A stretch of 63,826 bases of DNA from Candidatus Zixiibacteriota bacterium (GTDB taxonomy: Bacteria > Zixibacteria > MSB-5A5 > UBA10806 > 4484-95): contig JAOZPT010000008.1 of the NCBI GenBank assembly GCA_029932605.1, positions 1-63,826 of the forward strand, read 5' to 3'. Below, piece by piece: positions 58,060 to 63,826 of this stretch (position 1 is its first letter; each line of letters begins with the position of its first letter). The notes below the pieces were generated by a model. That model was not told the DNA's origin, searched no databases, and saw only the letters and a program-made list of their open reading frames with translations. Made by a program: the position numbers and the translations under genes.

Positions 58060-58887
58060 ATGTATCCAGAGTTGTTTCATCTGGGTCCTTTTACTATAAG
58101 AGCATATGGCTTGGCATTAGCGCTCTCGTTCTTCTTTGGGGTCTGGCTGGCTGTTAAAAGAACGGAGAAATTAAAAATAGAAAGCCAAATCATAGTCGAT
58201 CTTAGCTTGGTAATTCTCGTTTCGAGCATTATAGGTTCGCGTTTATTTTATGTTGTTTACCACACTGAGGAGTTTACCGGACACTGGCTTGATGTGATAA
58301 ATCCGTTTCAATCCGGAGGAATAGGTCTTGCCGGATTGTCGATGATGGGAGGTATCACGCTGGCGATTATCTCGGCCTTGATGTTTTTCATTATCAAAAG
58401 GATAAACCCCTGGCCTTTTCTTGATGCAATGGCACCATCGTTTTTTCTGGGATTGGGTATTACCAGGATTGGCTGTTTTTTAAACGGTTGTTGTTTCGGC
58501 AAACCAACCGATGCCTTTTGTGGTATGATATTCCCCCCTAGGTCGATGGCAGGTTGGGTCTTCCCCGATACTCCTATCTGGCCGACCCAGCTTTTTTCCT
58601 CGATAGCAGGTTTTATCATGTTCGGTCTATTATTATTGCTGGAGAGGAAAAGAAATTTCAACGGTTATACTTTCTGGCTGACTGTTGCCCTCTACAGTCT
58701 TTGGAGATTTTTTATTGATTTTTTAAGATACTATGAAGATTCAATGATATTTGCCTCAATTGCCAACATCAACTTCACTCGGAATCAGTTTTTATGCATT
58801 TGCTTGTTAATTATTTCTATTATATGGTTTTTCTATTTGAAAAGAAATAATGAAAAAGCTTCTGAACAATCTATTTCAGAGGGTTGA
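58060..58887 (+). CDS. lgt: prolipoprotein diacylglyceryl transferase
   Basis: The ATG at 58060 gives MYPELFHLGPFTIRAYG. GRIGCFLNGCCFGKPT and PTQL motifs are present. Confidence 0.9.
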   Translation: MYPELFHLGPFTIRAYGLALALSFFFGVWLAVKRTEKLKIESQIIVDLSLVILVSSIIGSRLFYVVYHTEEFTGHWLDVINPFQSGGIGLAGLSMMGGITLAIISALMFFIIKRINPWPFLDAMAPSFFLGLGITRIGCFLNGCCFGKPTDAFCGMIFPPRSMAGWVFPDTPIWPTQLFSSIAGFIMFGLLLLLERKRNFNGYTFWLTVALYSLWRFFIDFLRYYEDSMIFASIANINFTRNQFLCICLLIISIIWFFYLKRNNEKASEQSISEG

Positions 58888-59605
58888 ATACTTTTTAGAG
58901 GATTTATTAGCCTTTATATCAGTACCCGATTGCCCGGGTTGTGGAGTAACTCTCGAAAATCCTCGCCTGCCGCTCTGCAGCGATTGTGATAATGACCTTC
59001 GAAAAACTTTCTCTGGTGATGGGCCCGTATGTCTTTTCTGCAGATACTTTGCCACCAGAGAATGCACTTGCAATAACGATAAACCCTTACCGGTGCCGCA
59101 ACTTTTTTACTGGGGAAATTATAATGATGTAGTTCGGGAAATTATTCATCGCTTCAAATTCGATGGACAATATAAGATTGGTCGGCATATAACCGAAATA
59201 GCGCTTGACGCTCTTAATGAAAGGATATATAATTTAAAGTTGGATTTTATCATCCCGGTGCCTATGTTAAAAAAGGATAAAATAAAAAGGGGTTTCAATC
59301 AGACGGATATAATCGCTGATGTGGTTTCGCAAAGATTGAATATCCCGATAGAGCCTAAACTTCTTCGAAAAGTAAAAGAAACGAAACCGCAGTCAAAACT
59401 TGGGGCGAATGAAAGGTGGCAAAATGTTAAAGATGCGTTTGCGGTTGATAATGGTGAAAGACTGAAAGGGTGTTCTTTGCTTTTGGTTGATGATATAGTT
59501 ACAACAGGTGCTACTAGCTGGGAATCGACAAAGGCGCTTTACAAAGCTGGCGCTAAAGATGTCACAGTGTTTTCTTTGGTTTCTAATAATATTAGCACTT
59601 TGTAG
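58850..59605 (+). CDS. comF: ComF-family protein (phosphoribosyltransferase domain with N-terminal zinc ribbon)
   Basis: CPGCG...CSDC zinc ribbon and the PRPP loop LLVDDIVTTGAT. Confidence 0.8.
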   Translation: MKKLLNNLFQRVEYFLEDLLAFISVPDCPGCGVTLENPRLPLCSDCDNDLRKTFSGDGPVCLFCRYFATRECTCNNDKPLPVPQLFYWGNYNDVVREIIHRFKFDGQYKIGRHITEIALDALNERIYNLKLDFIIPVPMLKKDKIKRGFNQTDIIADVVSQRLNIPIEPKLLRKVKETKPQSKLGANERWQNVKDAFAVDNGERLKGCSLLLVDDIVTTGATSWESTKALYKAGAKDVTVFSLVSNNISTL

Positions 59606-59612
59606 GATTTGT

Positions 59613-60035
59613 ATGGGACATTTCAGGATAATAGAGGAGGGGGCTTTTGCTGATTTCGAGTTTGAGGCTTATGGAGATACTCTCGAGGATTTGTTTACCG
59701 TTTGCGGGAAAGTGATGTTCGAGGTTATGACCGATATTTCCAAGGTGGAACCTTCTCGGGAGATGCAGTTTAATATTAAAGCCGAATCTGTTGAAGACTT
59801 GTTGTTTTCTTTTTTATCAGAACTTATTTTTCTTAAAGATACCAGCAAGTATTTTTTCTGCGATTTTGTTATTGAAATTAAAGAGAGAAAAATCTTACAT
59901 TGCATATCAAGAGGTGAACCTATCGACAGGGATAAACATGAGTTGAAGACCGATGTAAAGGCTGTGACATATCATAAGTTGGAAATAAAACATAACGATA
60001 AAGGTTACCATACACGGGTAATATTGGATTTGTAA
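59613..60035 (+). CDS. archease
   Basis: The ATG at 59613 gives MGHFRIIEEGAFADFEFEAYGDTLEDLF... The protein ends ...VKAVTYHKLEIK...RVILDL and is 140 aa. Confidence 0.85.
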   Translation: MGHFRIIEEGAFADFEFEAYGDTLEDLFTVCGKVMFEVMTDISKVEPSREMQFNIKAESVEDLLFSFLSELIFLKDTSKYFFCDFVIEIKERKILHCISRGEPIDRDKHELKTDVKAVTYHKLEIKHNDKGYHTRVILDL

Positions 60036-60038
60036 GTC

Positions 60039-61484
60039 ATGGAAAAGATAAAGATCGATGATTATACTTGGGAGATTCCTAAAGGCACTAAGCCCGGAAT
60101 GAAGGTCCCGGCCAGATTGATTACCTCAAAAGAACTATTAGATCAGCTTGATGAGGGAGTTGTAGAGCAGATCACCAACGTTGCTTGTCTACCGGGTATC
60201 CGTAAATATGCTCTATGTATGCCCGATGGTCACCGCGGTTACGGGTTTCCTATTGGTGGGGTTGCCGCATTCAGCCTTGATGGAGGGGTTATTTCTCCTG
60301 GTGGCATTGGCTTTGATATCAACTGCGGCGTTCGGCTGATAAGGACAAGCCTTACCGAGGATGAAGTTAAACCTAAGCTTCGGGAGTTGATCGATATTTT
60401 ATTCCGTCTGGTGCCAAGTGGTGTTGGTTCTAAGGGATTTGTCAAACTTTCCAGACCCGAGTTTGAGCGGTTGGTAAGTGAGGGTACACCGTGGTGTTTG
60501 AAAAAAGGTTATGCCTGGAAAAGCGACCTTGAATGCACCGAGCAGGGAGGAGTTATCCCGGGGGCAAATCCTGATAGCGTTTCGGACAGAGCTAAAAAAC
60601 GCGGTTTAGACCAGGTGGGAACTCTTGGTTCCGGGAATCATTACCTTGAAATACAGAAAGTTGATTTTGATGAGCAATGTGATAGATCTGTTGCCTCTGT
60701 ATTTGGTATAGATAGACCTGGCCAGATAACGGTAATGGTGCATTGTGGCTCACGCGGGTTTGGCCACCAGATAGGAACTGACTATCTGCAAAGTTTCGGG
60801 CCGGCTATGAAAAAATATGGTATCCATACCAACGACAGGGAGCTTGCCTGTGCTCCGTTTGATTCACCTGAGGGTAAGGCTTATTACGAGGCAATGGCCT
60901 GTGCTGCTAATTCCGCTTTTGTCAACCGGCAGGTTATCACCCACCAGGTGAGAGAAGGTTTCTCACGTGTGTTTGGAAAATCGGCTGAAGAATTGGGTAT
61001 GAACCTCGTTTATGATGTGGCTCACAATATCGCCAAAATTGAGACCCATGATACCGACCGTGGAAGGGAGAAGGTTATTGTTCACCGCAAGGGCGCTACA
61101 CGCGCTTTTGGCCCGGGAAACGCAGAACTTCCAGAAAAATACCGTCAGGTTGGGCAACCCGTTTTAGTTGGTGGGTCGATGCAGACAGGCTCGTATATCC
61201 TGGTAGGCACTGCTATGGCTAAAAGGCTCACCTTTGCCAGCACCATGCATGGAGCGGGACGAGTTATGTCACGAGCCGCCGCTACCAGGAAGATACGAGG
61301 CCAACAGCTTAGAGACCAGATGGAAAAACAGGGGATTATCGTGAGAGCCGCCTCGATGAGGGGATTAGCTGAAGAGGCAGGCTTTGCATATAAAAATGTC
61401 GATACCGTCGTTAACACTGTCCATAATCTTGGGATATCAAAAAAAGTTGCCCATTTGACACCCCTGGCAAATGTTAAAGGGTAA
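60039..61484 (+). CDS. rtcB: RNA-splicing ligase RtcB
   Basis: MPDGHRGYGFPIGG, GFDINCGVR, GSGNHYLE, HCGSRGFGH and MHGAGR motifs. Confidence 0.95.
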   Translation: MEKIKIDDYTWEIPKGTKPGMKVPARLITSKELLDQLDEGVVEQITNVACLPGIRKYALCMPDGHRGYGFPIGGVAAFSLDGGVISPGGIGFDINCGVRLIRTSLTEDEVKPKLRELIDILFRLVPSGVGSKGFVKLSRPEFERLVSEGTPWCLKKGYAWKSDLECTEQGGVIPGANPDSVSDRAKKRGLDQVGTLGSGNHYLEIQKVDFDEQCDRSVASVFGIDRPGQITVMVHCGSRGFGHQIGTDYLQSFGPAMKKYGIHTNDRELACAPFDSPEGKAYYEAMACAANSAFVNRQVITHQVREGFSRVFGKSAEELGMNLVYDVAHNIAKIETHDTDRGREKVIVHRKGATRAFGPGNAELPEKYRQVGQPVLVGGSMQTGSYILVGTAMAKRLTFASTMHGAGRVMSRAAATRKIRGQQLRDQMEKQGIIVRAASMRGLAEEAGFAYKNVDTVVNTVHNLGISKKVAHLTPLANVKG

Positions 61485-61567
61485 ATAATTGTTAGCACCA
61501 TCAGGAACCCATTACTGTGGGATAAAAATGTCGGGAAAGGATTCCTGACATCACAAGGAGGAGAAAA

Positions 61568-61909
61568 ATGGCTTATCTAAAACGAGTTATAATTGCCACT
61601 GTTTTAGGAATTGTCTGTGGTATTTTATGCTGGTTAGGCGGTAAGTTTTTTACTGATATGCAAATTACACCAGCCATTGCTGCTTCAATAATCTTAAACC
61701 GTGCTATAATTGGATTTTTCATAGGTATTTCAGGATGGAATATTCATTATCTATTACATGGAGTGATAATCGGAGCCATTGGAACACTTCCTCTAGCAGT
61801 ATATGGTGATGTTTCAGGGTTTTTTACTATGATCATATTTGGTATTATCTGGGGATTCTTGATTGAACTGTTTACAACAAAAATTTTCAAATCCGCTATG
61901 AAAAGTTAA
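61568..61909 (+). CDS. small polytopic membrane protein, hypothetical
   Basis: 113 aa with 4 predicted TMs. AAGGAGG lies 6 nt upstream and a good terminator follows. Confidence 0.45.
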   Translation: MAYLKRVIIATVLGIVCGILCWLGGKFFTDMQITPAIAASIILNRAIIGFFIGISGWNIHYLLHGVIIGAIGTLPLAVYGDVSGFFTMIIFGIIWGFLIELFTTKIFKSAMKS

Positions 61910-61950
61910 CCTTACAACTGAAATTTCCTGCATATTTAGTGATCAAAATG

Positions 61951-61980
61951 CGGTCGGATTAATTTACCCGACCGTTTTTT
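61951..61980 (+). terminator. rho-independent terminator
   Basis: CGGTCGG (61951-61957), a 10-nt loop, CCGACCG (61968-61974), then TTTTTT. Confidence 0.7.
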
Positions 61981-62094
61981 AATATTGATTTTCCTGTAGC
62001 CTTGACAATTAAAGTATATATTTTTTATTGCAGATAACTTATGTTGATACTATATTTATCTATGTATGTCGATATAGTTAATTAGGAGATTATT

Positions 62095-63717
62095 ATGAAT
62101 AAACAAACAACCGTGTTGATAACATTGACTTTTATAACGGCATATTTTACTACCGTGCACTCGGATCCTTCAGATCGCTTAAAGAGAAGTTATGATCCAA
62201 AAACCGTTAAGGTCACTCGCTGGCTTGACACAACAACAAGGCCGATTACTTACGAGGAATATATCAAATCAAGAGATTTCGCTCCCTCGCCCAATATCAG
62301 GCAATTACGTTCACCTCTTGTCACCACTGATGGAGTAATTGATATCATCGTCAACGAAGATTTATATGTTCACATTGAAGACATTCTTGACACTTTTATA
62401 ATTGATCTTCAGATAGAAGGGTATGATATAAACCTTTATACCGCTCTTGAGACATCATCTCCTGTTAGTTTAAGAGAACTTTTAAGGGATGACCTGTTTA
62501 ATCTGGACATAGTAGGGGTAATTTTTATTGGTGATCTGGCGGTCCCCTGGTACGAGATGGATGAACCTGACAGTTGGGGTGGCCAGCATGTCGAATTCCC
62601 CTGCGACCTTTATTTCATGGATCTAGATGGTGTCTGGGGTGATTCTGACCTTGATGGTATGTTCGACAGCCACACTGGAAATCTGCTTGCTGATATATGG
62701 ACGGGGAGGTTGGTTGCCTCGCCTATGCATTACTATGGGGATACGGAAATTTCAATTATTTCTAATTATCTCCGCAAAAACCATAATTATCGTTATGGTA
62801 ACTTGCGCCTTGATGACCATGCTTTAGCCTTTATCGACAACGATTGGAACATGTATGGCTGGGGTTATGATGTTGCCCTGGCATATCCCGATATGGACTC
62901 GGTGGTTGATATTTACGAAACATGTCGGGATAATTATATACATTATCTAAGAGAACTTTCTGATAACCGGTATGAACATCTACTGATTTGCTCACATTCC
63001 TCGCCTTTTGCCCATTATCTATATTACGATGAGTATAATTGGCAGCGTTTTTATAATTATGAGATTGAGTATTTCATGATGCAGGCATTATCCTATAACC
63101 TGTTTGCCTGCTCTAATTCACGCTACGTAGAGATAGATAACATGGGCGGCTGGTATATATTTGAAACCAATTACGGTTTACTTTCTGTTGGCAGTACTAA
63201 GACCGGCTCGATGCTGTGTTTTGATACCTTTTACTGGCCTTTGGGCGAGGGCGCGTCTTTTGGCGAGGCATTTTTATTTTGGGCTCAAGTAAATATGGAG
63301 ACATGTGCTGGTAATGAGAGTCGCTCATGGTTTTATGGGATGTGTATTCAGGGCGACCCGACTCTGAAACTTGCAAGGTTCCAGGAACCCTTGACATATT
63401 GCAGTTATGTTCCGGGTGATATAAATGGAGATAGCACAGTTTCGGGAAATGATGTAGTTTATGGAGTGCGCTATTTCAAGGGCCTGGGAATGCCGCCTGT
63501 TGATAGCTGTTGGGATGATTCGCTCTCGGTATGGCTTTATGTCACCGGTGATGCTAACGGCAATTGCCGTTTCACCGGAGCTGATGTCTCTTATATGGTG
63601 GGTTATTTCAAGGGTTATAATCCTGACATATTATATTGCCCGAGATTGCCGCCGTATTCTGCACCGGGAAGACCAGCGGTTCTTGATAGGGAAAAACCTG
63701 TACAGATTTTAAGATAA
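62095..63717 (+). CDS. secreted peptidase-C25 (gingipain)-like protein with C-terminal dockerin-type repeats
   Basis: Signal peptide MNKQTTVLITLTFITAYFTTVHS. C25-like block DLYFMDLDG...DIWTGRL. Candidate catalytic His (ICSHSSPFAH) and Cys (LFACSNS). Two dockerin-like repeats (GDINGDSTVSGNDVVYGVRYFKG, GDANGNCRFTGADVSYMVGYFKG). Confidence 0.55.
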   Translation: MNKQTTVLITLTFITAYFTTVHSDPSDRLKRSYDPKTVKVTRWLDTTTRPITYEEYIKSRDFAPSPNIRQLRSPLVTTDGVIDIIVNEDLYVHIEDILDTFIIDLQIEGYDINLYTALETSSPVSLRELLRDDLFNLDIVGVIFIGDLAVPWYEMDEPDSWGGQHVEFPCDLYFMDLDGVWGDSDLDGMFDSHTGNLLADIWTGRLVASPMHYYGDTEISIISNYLRKNHNYRYGNLRLDDHALAFIDNDWNMYGWGYDVALAYPDMDSVVDIYETCRDNYIHYLRELSDNRYEHLLICSHSSPFAHYLYYDEYNWQRFYNYEIEYFMMQALSYNLFACSNSRYVEIDNMGGWYIFETNYGLLSVGSTKTGSMLCFDTFYWPLGEGASFGEAFLFWAQVNMETCAGNESRSWFYGMCIQGDPTLKLARFQEPLTYCSYVPGDINGDSTVSGNDVVYGVRYFKGLGMPPVDSCWDDSLSVWLYVTGDANGNCRFTGADVSYMVGYFKGYNPDILYCPRLPPYSAPGRPAVLDREKPVQILR

Positions 63718-63729
63718 ATTCTGTTGTGA

Positions 63730-63782
63730 TGTCGGGTGGCCGCACCCGACAGAAAACCGTCATGTCAGGCGACCTGACGGCA
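63730..63782. repeat. two adjacent GC-rich hairpins (REP-like)
   Basis: TGTCGGGTG-GCCG-CACCCGACA (63730-63751) and CCGTCA...GTCAGG-CGA-CCTGAC-GG (63757-63780), just downstream of the last gene in an AT-rich context. Confidence 0.5.
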
Positions 63783-63826
63783 CTGAAAATAGTCGCTTAT
63801 GTCCTGGATAACCGTAAATCTGAAAA

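Noticed and set aside
61508-61530. CCCA-TTACTG-TGGG hairpin followed by ATAAAAAT as a preQ1-I riboswitch.
   Set aside because: The loop is too short and lacks the conserved loop nucleotides and the CTA in the tail of preQ1-I. The resemblance is only superficial.
62004-62032. TTGACA upstream of the C25-like gene as a promoter.
   Set aside because: No acceptable -10 hexamer occurs at 16-18 nt spacing (TTATTG or TTTATT), so it is not reported as a feature.
1-63826. Searched the whole window for CRISPR-like spaced repeats, transposase, integrase or recombinase genes, restriction-modification or other defence genes, toxin-antitoxin pairs, reverse transcriptases and prophage modules.
   Set aside because: None recognised. 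Every ORF above 100 aa with coding-like composition has a housekeeping or envelope assignment or is listed as hypothetical. No long direct or inverted repeats were seen by eye.

Overview
AT-rich (by eye about 40% GC, not computed), densely packed chromosomal segment from a diderm bacterium. It is probably an uncultivated FCB-superphylum-like lineage; that is a guess from gene content (PD40/Omp85 fusion, DUF2723, C25-like protein with dockerin repeats). About 70 genes are present, mostly on the + strand and mostly core functions. On the - strand: a partial TPR gene that is missing from the ORF track, and a YbhGFSR-like ABC-2 efflux operon. On the + strand, in order: tRNA-Pro(GGG); cutA, a DUF296 gene, a SAM hydroxide adenosyltransferase gene and tatC; a three-gene outer-membrane operon (gluzincin-PD40-Omp85 fusion, BamB-like lipoprotein, HEAT-repeat protein); an MFS transporter; a chaperone supercluster (hsp20 x2, dnaK, FmdB-type zinc ribbon, J-protein, dnaJ, clpB); dtd-maf-rodZ-X-smc-ftsY-yjbQ-rlmH; an FMN riboswitch with ribD-ribE-ribBA-ribH-nusB; a roughly 10 kb glycosylation cluster (methyltransferase, DUF2723 GT-C with TPR, GT4, flippase-like UPF0104, GT2 polyprenol-P sugar synthase, split GT4, GT2, WecA-like); accA, a Trm112-like small gene, and ptsN-mreC-mreD-mrdA-rodA-lgt-comF; archease-rtcB; and a secreted C25-like protein with dockerin repeats. 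I found no transposases, integrases, CRISPR arrays or recognisable defence genes, so this is an ordinary core region rather than an accessory island. The observations I rate highest are: (1) the Omp85-fusion operon, (2) a near-consensus sigma54 promoter with an upstream palindrome driving the tandem hsp20 genes, (3) the DUF2723-centred candidate periplasmic glycosylation module, (4) a perfect sigma70 consensus promoter followed by a structured 120-nt leader, and (5) several promoters placed so that transcripts would be leaderless or nearly so. Three genes look disrupted (CPBP protease, GT4, FG-GAP remnant). All product calls rest on motif recognition by eye; no searches were run.
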